A stretch of DNA of 64,000 bases from Octopus sinensis (taxonomy: Eukaryota): assembly GCF_006345805.1 (NCBI RefSeq), contig NC_043000.1:79980001-80044000 (forward strand), in the 5' to 3' direction. A program made the position numbers and the translations under genes. Below the pieces are notes generated by a model. That model saw nothing but the letters and a program-made list of their open reading frames with translations, had not been told where the DNA came from and searched no databases. Positions 13,103 through 26,559 of this stretch are shown here, piece by piece (position 1 is the stretch's first letter; each line of letters begins with the position of its first letter).

Positions 13103-13740
13103 CTAGCAGTATCGCCCGGCGTTGCTCGGGTTTGTAAGGGAAATAACTATATAAGCATTTTTAGAGAGTTATAGCCAAAAAATAGCAAAAAATGCATTAA
13201 AAATGGAAAAAATATGATGGTAAATTTTTTTTAAAAATCGTTGACTCATCGTAGACATTTTTAGAGAGTTACTTCCCTTATATAATAGCGAAAAAATGCA
13301 TTAAAATGGAAAAAAAACGATGGTAAATTTTTTTTTAAATCGTAGACTCATGTAGACGCTTTCTTAGCCATTTCTGTTTTGGTGTCTTCAAGCCATGAAG
13401 TCGTTGTTCTAAAAGAACACTGGTCTCCTTGACAACGCATTACGACGTTGATTTCCTTACACTCCCTTCCCCACAGGTGCAGGTGTGAGCGTGGACGCCA
13501 ACTCCGCCGCCATCGACACACGAAAAATTATGCATTAAAATGGAATAAAAAATGATGTTAAATTATTTTAAAAATCGTAGACTCATCGTAGATGCGCGCT
13601 AATATTCAGACGGGCTCGATATGAATCACGACTATAAGCTACCCGAATTTGGTTAAACTGTACCGCAAAATGTGGGAGTAGTTAGGAATCTAAATCGAAG
13701 GGGACAGACACTCACACAACTACAGTTTTATATATATAGA
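13103..13740 (-). mobile_element. Non-autonomous Helitron, same family as 3421-3933
   Basis: Reverse-complement TC start at 13740, hairpin plus CTAG at 13103; internal sub-repeat of about 65 bp is duplicated. Confidence 0.85.
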
Positions 13741-14173
13741 TATACATAGCGCAGTAGTGGTGAGATATGACAGCAAAGAAAAGCATACATTCACTCTCTG
13801 CATGCAATTAGACTCGGAAAGTTCGTGAGGAACCCATTGACCCAATTTGCTGACTTTTCCGATAGCACACAGGTCTCAATGAATGGTTGAATGACCAAAT
13901 CCAAGCTTCTCTGCTAGTTCCTCAACAGTTACGATGATATTTTGTTCCACCAGGGTTTTCAGGATGTCCTTGTCGAGTTCTACAGATCTTCAGGATGAGG
14001 GCTCGTCTTCTAGGCTGTAGTTTATGGCTCGGGATTTCTGGAACCACCATTGACACTGCCTACGCTTATTGTCCAATCCCCATATACTGCATAATATTTC
14101 TTGTACTTTGCACACATTATTATTCTGTTATTCTTTTATATGTTTCAGCCTTGAGGTTGTGGCCATGCTGGAT

Positions 14174-14204
<31 letters not shown>

Positions 14205-15209
14205 CTATCTGTCTGTCTGTCTGTCTGTATGTATATATGTATATGTATGTGTGTGAACAATAATATTTTCAACAGATGTGTTGCAAATGTATCTGATTGT
14301 TCTCAAGCTTCAATACTGTGTGTGTATGTGTGTGTGTGTATGTATGTATGTATATGTATGTATGTATGTATATGTATGTATGTATGTATGTGTGTATGTA
14401 TGTATGTGTGTGTGTGTATGTATGTGTGTGTGTATGTGTGTGTGTATGTATGTATGTATGTATGTATGTATGTATGTATGTATGAGTGTATGTTTACTTA
14501 TTACTAATACTCTCTCCAAGAACATTTTCACTCACTCTTAGCTCTTAGCTTCCCATACAGTTTACTCATTATCTATCAGCGTCATAGACAGAATACTTTC
14601 ACTTTAGTCTTCCTCAAATCACTGTCGCTATTTACTTTCATTTTATTCGTTGCCACACTGTGTGTGTGCGTTTGTGTGTGGTGTAAACCAGACTAAGAAA
14701 AGCATTTGACACACACACCAGAATGTGAGTTTTCTGTAAATTTTGCTTAATTGGAGTTTAAATTTTTAAAACTGGACCTGGCATGACGCGATGCATTGTA
14801 CTCTTAAAAATGCTAGGTAAATTGTAATTGAAGAAATCCTATATTGTAGATTTGTATAACTCCCAAAGGGAGGCAGATAAAATCTGCCTTTTATAATAAG
14901 AGATACGCACACTGTATATATATATATCATCATCATCATCATCATCGTTTAACATTCGCTTTCCATGCTAGGGTTGGATGCAAGTAAGTTTTTTCATGTT
15001 TATAAGTAACTACAGACAGCTACCAAAATGTATTCTCATTGCCATAAGTGAAGTGGAGATCAAAGAATGAGGTACCTTTTCAAATGTCATCTGATGACAC
15101 ACATTTGCACTGAATGATTCACCACAACTATTTGCATAGCATCTCACCCATAAGGGGCCGATGCACAATGGGTCAAAATGATCATAGTGATTATTCTCTT
15201 ATCCTTTCA

Positions 15210-15639
15210 TTCTTTTAGTTGTTTCAGTTATTTTGATTGTGGCCAAGCTGGAGCACTGCCTTGAAGAGGTTTAGTCAAGCAAATGAACCCAGGACTTCTT
15301 TCCTTTTTATTTTAAAGCCAAGTATTTATTCTATCTGCCTGTTTTGCCAAACCACTATGTTATGGGGATGTAAACACATCAACACCAATTGTCAAGCAGT
15401 GATGAGGGACAAACACAGACAGAAAAACACACATAGGTATATACATCTACACACACACACAAACATGTATGTATATAGTGGTCTTCTTTCAGTTTCCATT
15501 TACCAAATCCACTCACAAGGCTTTGGTCAGCCTGAAGCTCTAGTGGAAGACACTTGCCCAAGGTGCCATGCAGTAGGACTGAAACCAGAACCATGTGGTT
15601 GGGAAGCAAGCTTCTTACTAAACAGCCACGTTTGCACCT
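15210..15639 (-). mobile_element. tRNA-derived SINE (diverged copy)
   Basis: Reverse complement of the 5298-5691 family. Confidence 0.75.
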
Positions 15640-16128
15640 GAGAATTAAAAATTCTTTTGAATTTTCTTTTCTTTCTTTCTCTCATATGTTAAACACACAC
15701 ACATACAAAAAAAAACACATACTCATACATATCTATATATGTGCGTGTATGTGTCTGAGCTTGTGCCTTCTTGTTTTGACGTTGTATGATTGTGGAAATC
15801 AAATATCACTGTCATAGAAACAGTATCCTTCATGCCAAAACGTCCATGAAAAGAAGTTCTGCCATGGGGAATATATTACCTTACTGAGAAACAGGTGAGG
15901 GTTCAACTGTAGAAAATCTGTCTCAACCCATGGAAAAATAGGAATTAAACTGATGATGACGATGATGATGACATAGAAACATGCGTTCATATATACATAC
16001 ATACATACAATTTTTATTAACAATCAAAGTTCGCAAAGTGCAAGCATACAAAATTCTTGGTCCTCATGTAACTCTGTAACTTCTGCCAATTATTAGTAGA
16101 AAAATGTATTAAAACAAAATATGTATGT

Positions 16129-16362
16129 CATCATCATCATCATCATCGTTTAACGTCCGTTTTCCGCGCTAGCACGGGTTGGACGGTTCGACCGGAGTCT
16201 GGGGAGCCAGGGGCTGCCCCAGGCTCCAGTCTGATCTGGCAGTGTTTCTACAGCTGGATGCCCTTCCTAACGCCAACCACTCCGCGAGTGTAGTGGGTGC
16301 TTTTTACGTGCCACCTGCACAGGTGCCAGAGGGGTCTGGCATCGGCCACGATCAGTTGGTGC
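16129..16362 (-). mobile_element. RTE LINE 3' end fragment
   Basis: (CAT)n tail then GTTTAACGTCCG...GGATGCCCTTCCTAACGCCAACCACT, matching the 3' end of 21884-25292. Similar fragments at 21356-21855(-), 36094-36690(-), 42110-42570, 46040-46330(-) and 46700-47085(+). Confidence 0.85.
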
Positions 16363-17013
16363 TTTTTTTTTTTTTTTTTTGTATATATATATGTGTGTGT
16401 GTGTGTGTGTATACATATAAGGACAAGGTAAAATTACTACCTGCTTTTATAGCAAGTCAATGCAGGTAGTTTATCCTGTTCCCCTCCAACTTTTACTTCA
16501 TGCAATTGAAAACCCCGCATTATTTATGGGATGGCCCAATACATACATGCATAAATACAAACATATATATAAATGAACATAAGCGAGCAAGACAAATGAA
16601 AAGATACAAAATATGGATTAATCACAAACCCGGTTTCATTGTTATCGTTTACGTAATCATTTACGTAATTGTCCACAACTCATTAGTGTGATCGACTTTG
16701 AAAATATTATTTGCAGAACTATACACGAGACGTCCGCATGAGATTGAACATGTATACAGTTCTACCAAATACGCATGGGGTCACCTTTCTAAAGTCTTCA
16801 TTTTGGCATGCCAAACTACTGGAAATAATTCTGCAGAAAATAATTCCCTACAGTAAATTTTGCTGGTTAGAGAACATAGCTATTTAAATTTAAATTTAAA
16901 ATAATAAGGGTGAAAAATCGGATATTAATTTGATTAATATCAATTTAAAACGAGTTCTCTTTGCGAACATTTCTTTCTAAGTGATAAAACCATAGCGGAT
17001 CCACTTACAGGTC

Positions 17014-17153
17014 ATCCCTCATATATGTATGTAATATAATTTTTTCTGAAACTTCAGATTTCTCAATATACTACACCACTGGTTTTAAATTGATATTAAT
17101 CAAATTAATATCCAATTTCTCACCCTTATTATTTTAAATTTAAATTTATATAT

Positions 17154-17184
<31 letters not shown>

Positions 17185-17368
17185 ATATATATATATATGT
17201 ATATATATATAATATATATATTATATATATATATAAATTTAAATTTAAAATAATAAGGGTGAGAAATTGGATATTAATTTGATTAATATCAATTTAAAAC
17301 CAGTGGTGTAGTATATTGAGAAATCTGAAGTTTCAGAAAAAATTATATTACATACATATATGAGGGAT
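17014..17368. repeat. Perfect inverted repeat, 137-bp arms around a (TA)n spacer
   Basis: 17014-17150 is the exact reverse complement of 17232-17368; a third partial copy lies at 16886-16950. Confidence 0.9.
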
Positions 17369-17379
17369 ATATATGCGGA

Positions 17380-17451
17380 AGCAGAGTGGCGCAGTGGAAG
17401 CGTGCTGGGCCCATAACCCAGAGGTCCGTAGATCGAAACTACGCTCTGCTA
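17380..17451 (+). tRNA. tRNA-iMet: Initiator tRNA-Met (CAT), intact
   Basis: AGCAGAGTGGCGCAGTGGAAGCGTGCTGGGCCCATAACCCAGAGGTCCGTAGATCGAAACTACGCTCTGCTA: 72 nt, A1:U72 pair, GGG/CCC anticodon stem, initiator T-loop ATCGAAA, perfect T-stem CGTAG/CTACG. Confidence 0.96.
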
Positions 17452-17464
17452 AGCGATGTTGTTA

Positions 17465-17468
17465 TTTT
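17465..17468 (+). terminator. Pol III terminator (T4) of the tRNA-iMet gene
   Basis: TTTT 13 nt after the tRNA 3' end; minimal length. Confidence 0.6.
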
Positions 17469-17884
17469 AGGCGCAGGAGTGGCTGTGTGGTAAGTAGCTT
17501 GCTAACCAACCACATGGTTCCGGGTTCAGTCCCACTGTGTGGCATCTTGGGCAAGTGTCTTCTGCTATAGCCCCGGGCCGACCAATGCCTTGTGAGTGGA
17601 TTTGGTAGACGGAAACTGAAAGAAGCCTGTCGTATATATGTATATATATATATAAGTGTGTGTGTATATGTTTGTGTGTCTGTGTTTGTCCCCTTAGCAT
17701 TGCTTGACAACCGATGCTGGTGTGTTTACGTCCCCGTTACTTAGCGGTTCGGCAAAAGAGACCGATAGAATAAGTACTGGGCTTACAAAGAATAAGTCCC
17801 GGGGTCGATTTGGTCGACTAAAGGCGGTGCTCCAGCATGGCCGCAGTCAAATGACTGAAACAAGTAAAAGAGAGTAAAGAGAGT
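17469..17884 (+). mobile_element. tRNA-derived SINE (young copy) directly after the tRNA terminator
   Basis: AGGCGCAGGAGTGGCTGTGTGG...GACTGAAACAAGTAAAAGAG. Confidence 0.9.
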
Positions 17885-17925
17885 ATATATATAACATATA
17901 TGTATATATTATATATATTATGTAT

Positions 17926-18003
<78 letters not shown>

Positions 18004-18007
18004 ATTA

Positions 18008-18042
<35 letters not shown>

Positions 18043-18044
18043 AT

Positions 18045-18703
18045 AAGTGCCACACCCTAGCGGTTGAGGGAACCTGTGGAAGAGGCAGACTCAGGAAAAC
18101 CTGGGACGAGGTGGTGAAGCACGACCTTCGAACTTTAGGTCTCACTGAGGAAATGACTAGAGACCGAGTCCTCTGGAAGTGTGCTGTGCGCGAGAAGACC
18201 CGGCAGGACAAGTGAGTCCATAACCCGTGGCCTTCTATATGGGATGGAGCCAGCCTACGTATGCATACCTTCCCTTCTTGGGACACAAAACTCTACTTGT
18301 GAAAACCTGTTGAGGCAAGTGAGGATCAGAATCGAAATCGATCAATGGAAATTGCAGATATGTTACCAGTGCCGGTGGCATGTAAGAGAACCGTCCGTTT
18401 CACGACCGTTGCCAGCACCGCCCCGTTTCGTGTCCGTTGCCAGCCTCGCCTGGCCCTCATGCCGGTGGCACATAAAAAGCACCATCTGTTCGTGGCCGTT
18501 TGCCAGCTCTGTCTGGCACCTGTGCGGGTGGCACATAAAAAGCACCCACTACACTCTCGGAGTGGTTGGCGTTAGGAAGGGCATCCAGCCGTAGAAACAC
18601 TGCCAGATTTGACTGGGCCTGATGAAGCCTTCTGGCTTCACAGACCCCAGTAGAACCGTCCAACCCATGCTAGCATGGAAAACGGACGCTAAACGATGAT
18701 GAT
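18045..18703 (+). mobile_element. RTE LINE 3' fragment (end of ORF plus 3' UTR)
   Basis: RGRGRLRKTWDEVVKHDL, tandem hairpin 3' UTR and (GAT)n tail. Confidence 0.88.
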
Positions 18704-18740
18704 ATGTATATATATATGTATATGTGTATATATATGTATA

Positions 18741-18808
<68 letters not shown>

Positions 18809-18857
18809 GTATATATATAATATATATATATATGTGTATATATATATATGTGTATAT

Positions 18858-18911
<54 letters not shown>

Positions 18912-18912
<1 letters not shown>

Positions 18913-19069
18913 TTTATTTTAAGCAGCAGAAAATTCAACAAAATCTGTTACTCTGAGTTTCTCGTTGCCGTTCATCAGACAGTTTTTGCTAGCAAAAACT
19001 GTCTGATGAACGGCAACGAGAAACTCAGAGTAACAGATTTTGTTGAATTTTCTGCTGCTTAAAATAAAG
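18912..19069. repeat. Perfect 158-bp palindrome with no spacer
   Basis: Centre between 18990 and 18991 (ttttgct|agcaaaa); arms 79 bp. Confidence 0.95.
18994..19041 (+). ncRNA. Hammerhead-like motif with canonical core (mirror copy on the minus strand in the left arm)
   Basis: AAAAACUGU-CUGAUGA-A CG gcaa CG A-GAAACUC a GAGUA^ACAGAUUUU. Stem II is only 2 bp with a GNRA loop and an A-A closure. Confidence 0.55.
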
Positions 19070-19431
19070 CATATTACTCTACCACTGGTATTTGAGTACT
19101 CTTTTTTCCACCTTGTTTCACATTTATGTGTTTACTCCGGTCTATATATATATATATATATATATATTTATGTATATATATATATGTATTTATTTATATG
19201 TTGTGAGTGTTTATTGAGCGAAAACACCTAAAAGCTCCATGAGGCTCCGTCAGGGGGTGTTGGCGATCCCTGCTGTACTCTTTCGCCACAACTTTCTCTC
19301 ACTCTTTCTTCTGTTAGCCTGCTCGCTTAGCCGGCGGGGTGGTGTCATTTGAAGGCTAAAACAATGCAAAGCGCATTGTGACCAGCGGTGTGTAGTAACA
19401 TCTGATAGCCTGGTCGGTCACAGTGATCACA

Positions 19432-19477
<46 letters not shown>

Positions 19478-19478
<1 letters not shown>

Positions 19479-19866
19479 TAGCAGTATCACCCGGTATTGC
19501 TTGGGTTTGTTTCGACCCTTTAGAATTGGAATTTTCGAAAAGTAAAAATTTTGCATTATGCAACTTGTTATTCTCTTCAAGCGAACATTTTTCCAGTTGA
19601 AATACACCGAAAAATGGTGACACAGCAGTCAAAAATCGTAAAAAATAGGGATTTTCATAGAAAAAAATCCCCTTTTTGATGTAAATAATTTTTGGTGTTA
19701 ACATGGTCTGAGTTGAATTTTATCTTCTACAGAATAAAGAGCAAGCCTTCTTCTATCATACTCTCAATTTTGGTCAACTTGCACTGCAGGGTCTCGAAGG
19801 AGATAGTGTTAGTTGAAGGCTACCAAACCTGCCACACACAGACAACTTCAGCTTTATATATATAGA
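19478..19866 (-). mobile_element. Non-autonomous Helitron, different internal sequence
   Basis: ACTAGCAGTATCACCCGGTATTGCTTGGG (reverse-complement hairpin plus CTAG) at the left; TTTATATATATAGAT (reverse-complement A|TC start) at the right. Confidence 0.75.
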
Positions 19867-20613
19867 TTTGCTACACACTACTTTTCATCCTTAATAATGA
19901 AACTTGGTAGATCCAAAAGTTAAACACACAGACACACACACAGATGCACACACAGACACAGAAGTTGAATTTTAAATATATAGATTTCTCAATGGGGATT
20001 TCAGGGGAGAGTTTCAGGGAGTCGCTGGCGATGTATCATGATGATCAAAAATCCGGCCTGCTAAAATTTGGTTAAAGTGATTCAAACTGCAGACTCAACG
20101 CAAAATGGTCACATTTAATTCAAAGTGTTAAAAATGTTATGAAAACAATTGGTATGTGTTCACAAATTCCAAACGACGAAAAAACCCTCCAGGCTACATC
20201 CCGAAAATTCATTTCTTCGCCGAATTTCTACAATGTTTATGGCGATTCGTTTTTATATCTTGATTTTTTTATTTTTCCTGCAATTTACGCATGCTTGCAC
20301 ATGTGGTGAACACAGTTCACGTCAAACAGCTGACTGAGTAAAGTTCACTATTCAATGCATGGGATAAGGCCTAAACAAACACATTATCGATTTTTGCAAT
20401 TGTGAGATGAATTTCGGAACAGAAATAGCACAGTTCAATTTTCATTCGCCTAAACTTTAAGTGACCCATTTTTGGTGGTTCTACGATTTGTTGGCTAGGA
20501 GAAGATGTGCCGGGAAGTTAAACACACAGACACACACACAGATACACACACAGACACACAAGTTGAGTTTTATATATATAGATATATACATGTATGTATA
20601 TATCTATCTATCA

Positions 20614-20751
<138 letters not shown>

Positions 20752-20767
20752 TATAATATATATATAC

Positions 20768-21103
20768 GGATGCAGGGGTGGGCATATAGTAAGAAGTTTG
20801 CTTCTTAACTACATACTTCTGGTTTTAGTCCCACTGTATGATATCTTGGGCTAGTGTCATCTACAAGTCTGACTAAAGCCTTGTGAGGGGATTTGGTAGA
20901 CAGAAACTCAAAGAAACATATTGTGTATATACGACTGCTCAACAACCGATGTTGGTTTGTTTATGTCTCTGTAACCAAGTGGTTCAGCAAAGTGACCTAC
21001 AGAATAAGTACCAAGCTGAAACAAAATGTCCAGGTTTGATTTTTTCGACTAAAACCTTCCATCATGGCCACAGTCAAATGACTGAAACAAGTAGAAAATA
21101 AAA
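20768..21103 (+). mobile_element. tRNA-derived SINE (old copy)
   Basis: Diverged match to the 5298-5691 family. Confidence 0.65.
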
Positions 21104-21883
21104 GATGTATGTATCTACATACATATATTTATATATATATATGTATATCTATATGTACATGTATGTATATATATATATATATAAGTTCAGCAAAATTTGG
21201 ATTCAGATGAATTCTATATGTGACTGAAGATTGCTTGACATTTTAAAACTGATGTAATACTTACAGTGTTTAATAAAATGAAGTAGCATGAAACGATTGT
21301 ACTACACTACCTTGGATATCCTTGTTGCTTATTTTGATATATATATTTATATAATCATCATCACTTAACGTTTGCTTTCCATGCTAGCATGGGTTGAATG
21401 ATTTGGCTGAGGACTGGTGAACCAGATGGCTGCACCAGGCTCCAATCTGATCTGGAAGAGTTTCTGCAGCTGGATGCCTTTCCTGGCGCCAACCACTCCA
21501 AGAGTGTAGTGGGTGCTTTTACGTGCCACTGGCACGGAAGCCAGGCAGCTGCTCTAGCAGTGATCCCACTCAGATGGAGTTGTTAGTGCTCCACTGGCAC
21601 GGGTGCCAGTCATCGAATTCGGTTCAATTTCGATTTTGATTTCACTTGCCCCAACAGGTCTTCACAAGCAGAGTTTAGTGTCCAATGAAGTAAGGTTGGC
21701 ATGGGTGCCAGTCGTCGAATTGGTTCGATTTCGATTTTACTTGCCTCAACAGGTCTTTGCAAGCAGAGTTTTGTGTCCAAAGAAGGAAAGGTAAGTGGGC
21801 TGGCTACACCTCTGGTAAAGGCCATGGGTTATGGTCTCACGTGTCTTGCTAGGTTTTCTCATGCACATGTATGTATATATATA

Positions 21884-24800
21884 TATGTGGGCAGGGAACA
21901 CTGATGGGGTCGGGGGCGTGGGTATACTTCTTGTGGAGAAATGGGTAGATAAGGTAATTGAGGTAGTCAGAGTAAGTGACAGAGTACTTAAAATTAGATT
22001 AGTCCTTCACCATAGGTTAGCTACCATCATCTCGGCATATGCCCCTCAACCAGGGCTACCGGAAGGTCAAAAAGACCAATTCTATGACACCCTATTGCGG
22101 ACTACCTCGTTGACAAATGACAGTGACCTTCTCTTCGTGGCAGGTGATTTCAATGGACATGTTGGACGGCATGTCGGGGGCTTCCATGGCGTTCATGGAG
22201 GCTACGGTTTTGGCTCTCGTAATGAGGAGGGAACCAGGTTGCTGGAGTTCTGCGATGCAAATGACCTTATGGTCTGGAATACCAACTTCAGGAAACTCAC
22301 CTCTCACCTAGTCACCTACCGTTCTGGCAGACACACTAGCCAGATTGACTACATCCTTGCCAGAAAAAGGGAAAGAGGGCTGCTTATAAATGCCAAAACC
22401 TTTCCAGGCGAAGAATGTACTCCTCAACATAGATTAGTAGTTAGCGACTTCAGGATCAGAGCTAAATGGTTGCTCAGAAGAAGACCTGCTTGAAGGAGAA
22501 GGGTCTGGAAGCTTAAAGATCCTGCAAATGGACAGAGATTTAGAGACATACTAATCGAAGCCTTTGACGAAATAGAAGGGGATATAGCTTCACTTAATGT
22601 GGAAGACAACTGGAGATTTCTACGGGACAATCTGCTGACAGCCACTGACCAGATCTGTGGATGGAGCAAAGTACCATCTCGACCCAGAGTAACGTGGTGG
22701 TGGAACACTGTGGTTGACAGGGCTATTAGACAAAAGAGACAGGCTTGGAAGGACTGGAAGAACGGTGGTAGCAGGGAATTGTATCAGACAGCCAGAAGGG
22801 AAGCTAGGAGACAGGTTTATTTAGCCAGAGGGGAAGCGGATAAGAAAAAATTTGCCAATGTTCTGAGCCGTGAGGATGAAACACTTGAGGTATTTCATGT
22901 TGCAAGACAGTGTGTGAGAGAGAATCGTGATGTGGTAGGAGAGAAATGTGTCTGCATGGATGATGGTTCACTGGCGCTAAATGAGGATGCAAAGAGAGAG
23001 GTTTGGAGATGCCACTATGAAAGGTTGCTGAATAAAGAAAATGAATGGGATAAAGAGAGTCTGCCGAATGTCAACCTAACAGAGGGACAAGCCATCCGAG
23101 TTGAAAATTCTTTGGTAGTTAAAGCAATTAGAAGCATGAAGACAGGGAAAGCCCTAGGCCCATCAGGAATTACTGCAGAGATGCTCAAAATATCTGGCAG
23201 TGTCGGCCATAACCTAGTCACCCATATAGTCAACAAGGTGATACACGAAGGAGTCATACCCAATGACTGGTGTAGCAGCATACTAGTCAACTGCTACAAA
23301 GGTAAAGGTGATGCCCTAGATACAAATAATTACAGAGGTGTCAAGCTGTTAGATCAGGTAATGAAGGTTACGGAGAGGGTCATAGCCCAACTAATTAGAG
23401 AGAGAGTTAGTTTAGATGAGATGCAGTTTGGGTTCGTGCCAGGGAAAAGCACCACTGATGCTATATTCCTGGTAAGGCAGCTGCAGGAGAAATACCTAGC
23501 CAAAGATAAGCCTCTGTACCTGGCTTTCGTTGACATGGAGAAAGCCTTTGACAGGGTCCCCCGATCCCTTATCCGGTGGTCAATGAGGAAACTAGGGATA
23601 GATGAATGGCTGGTGAGGGCTGTGCAAGCCATGTACAGAGATGCCGTAAGTAAGGTTAGGATTGGCAACATGTACACAGAAGAATTCAAAGTAGAGGGTG
23701 TGGTCCACCAGGGTTCAGTACTCATCCCCCTCCTATTTATCATAGTCCTCCAGGCAATTACGGAGGAATTCAAGACAGGTTGCCCCTGGGAGCTCCTCTA
23801 TGCTGACGACCTTGCTCTAATTGCTGAGTCACTATCAGAACTGGAGGAGAAGTTTCAGGTGTGAAAGGAGGGTTTAGAATCGAGGGGCCTTAGAGTCAAC
23901 CTAGCTAAAACGAAAGTACTAATAAGTAGGAAGGTAGACAATCCACAAATGTCTTCAGGAAGATGGCCCTGCTAGATCTGTAGAAAAGGTGTAGGTAGAA
24001 ACTCTATAAGATGTACCCAGTGTAAGCTATGGACACATAAGAGGTGCAGCAATGTCAAAGGTAGGCTAACTGGGAAGATGGTTTTTGTATGTGGCAGATG
24101 CTCAGGAGCATTAACCTCCGAAAATCTGCAGAAAACAACTACCGTCACTTTCCAGGGGGAAAAACTAGAAGTAGTTGATAGCTTCCGTTATCTAGGTGAC
24201 CAAGTCAGTAGTGGGGGTAGGTGCGTTGAAAGTGTAACTGCTAGAATAAGAATAGTCTGAGCAAAGTTTAAGGAGCTCTTACCTCTGCTGGTGACTAAAG
24301 GCCTCTCGCTCAGAGTAAAAGGCAGACTGTATGATGCATGTGTACGAATAGCCATGCTACATGGCAGTGAAACATGGGCTGTGACTGCTGAGGACATGTG
24401 TAAGCTCGCGAGGAATGAAGCCAGTATGCTCTGATGGATGTGTAATGTCAGTGTACATACTCGACAGAGTGTTAGTACCTTGAGAGAAATGTTGTACCTA
24501 AGAAGCATCAGTTGTGGTGTGCAAGAAAGACGATTGCGCTGGTATGGTCATGTGGTGAGAATGGATGAAGATAGGTGTGTGAAAAAGTGCCAATGCCAAG
24601 CAGTTGAGGGAACCCATGGAAGAGGTAGACCCAGGAAAACCTGGGACGAGGTGGTGAAGCACGACCTTCAAACTTTAGGCCTCACTGAGGAAATGACCAG
24701 TGACCGAGACCTTTGGAAATATGCTATACATGAGAAGACCCGGCAGGACAAGTGAGCCCAGCCCACTTATGCATGCCTTTCCTCCCTTGGACACAAAGAC

Positions 24801-25292
24801 CTGTTGAGGCAAGTGAAGTCGATATCGAACCTCATCCGACGACAGGCACCCATGCCAACCCCCTCTGCTTTTGAAGACATGTTGGGGCAAGTGAAATCGA
24901 AATCGAAATCGAAATCAGAATCGAAATTGAACCAATCCTATGACTGGCACTCGGCAGATGCCAGGACCCCTGGACTTGTGGTACGTAAAAAGCACCATCC
25001 GAATCGTGGCCGATGCCAGCGCTGCCTTGACTGGCTTCCGTGCCGGTGGCACGTAAACTGCACCAATCCGACCGTGGCTGTTGCCAGCCTCGCCTGGCAC
25101 CCGTGCGGGTGACATGTAATAAGCATCCACTACACTCACGGAGTGGTTGGCGTTACGAAGGGCATTCAGCTGTAGAAACATTGCCAGATAAGACTGGAGC
25201 CTGGTGCAGCCTTCTGGCTTCCCAGATCCCTTGTCGAACTGTCCAACCCATGCTAGCATGGAGAACGGACGTTAAACGATGATGATGATGAT
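21884..25292 (+). mobile_element. RTE-clade LINE, 5'-truncated, pseudogenised (APE endonuclease plus RT)
   Basis: EN motifs GDFNGHVG, QIDYIL and QHRLVV; RT motifs AFVDMEKAFDRVP, HQGSVL and YADD. Stops at 22491, 23862, 23973, 24258 and 24433; (GAT)n tail. Confidence 0.95.
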
Positions 25293-25320
25293 ATATATAT
25301 ATATATATGCATATATATGA

Positions 25321-25353
<33 letters not shown>

Positions 25354-25370
25354 ATATATATATATATATG

Positions 25371-25413
<43 letters not shown>

Positions 25414-26019
25414 CCTTTTCATTAAAGCTGCAAAAAATTCATAAAAATCAATTTTGTTCCAGTCTTGATCCCAATTGTCCAATGAATGGGAATGTGAAAC
25501 TCTGAATAACAATCTTTTGTGATGTTTTTGCAGCCTTAATAAACAAGCATATTACTCTGCGTTCGGTATTCAAGTAATATTTTCCAACCGTATTTTGTAT
25601 TTATGTGCCTACTCATGTATATATATATACATATACATCTTTATACACAACCATGCACACAATAACACACATAAATATATATACTAGTACTAACACTCCA
25701 CCTTGAATGATTATAGCATACAAGAGAGGAGAAAGAAAAAAAAATAATATAAGTAACTTTCAAAAGCAGTCTTTTTCTCACACATTTTTAATCTTTAGAT
25801 AAGTGAAGACTGCATAATTGAAAAAATATAGGATGAATGAAGTCTGAGGGATGTGACATTAAATTTGTGAAAGAAATGATGCTTTTATGGAATTGTTTGG
25901 CCATATTTTTGAAATATACATAAATAAAAAATTTCAATCTGAGTTTATTTAAAGTTTATTTACATATGAAATTTTAAGCAAAATGTGTATATATGTATGT
26001 ATGTGCGTGTGTATATATA

Positions 26020-26061
<42 letters not shown>

Positions 26062-26559
26062 TATATATATAGATATATATACATATATATATGTATGTAT
26101 ATATATATATAATAAATTAATAAATAAATAAAACATATGCATATATACATACATATATGTACGTACCTACCTCTACATGTATATATACATGCATATATGG
26201 GTACAGGACACCAAAAAACGTCGAACACAATGAGAAACGAAAACACAAACACAAAACCAAGGAAATGGACACCCTTCCCAAACAACAAAAAAATAGAGCA
26301 CAGGACATGCAACACAAGGAAAACTCCCCTTCTTCAGTCGCCCGTGCCCCATCTACTCCACGTTGTGAAGGTCAAGGCAATACATGACTATGTATGTATG
26401 TATGTATGTATGTATGTTAGAAACCGGTTCTTTCTCTATTGGCAAGAAATATTGAAATAAGCTGAATAATGACATACATATATATACATATGTATACACA
26501 TGCATACACATATATACATAAATCCATGCTTACATAAATACATATGTACATACATACAT

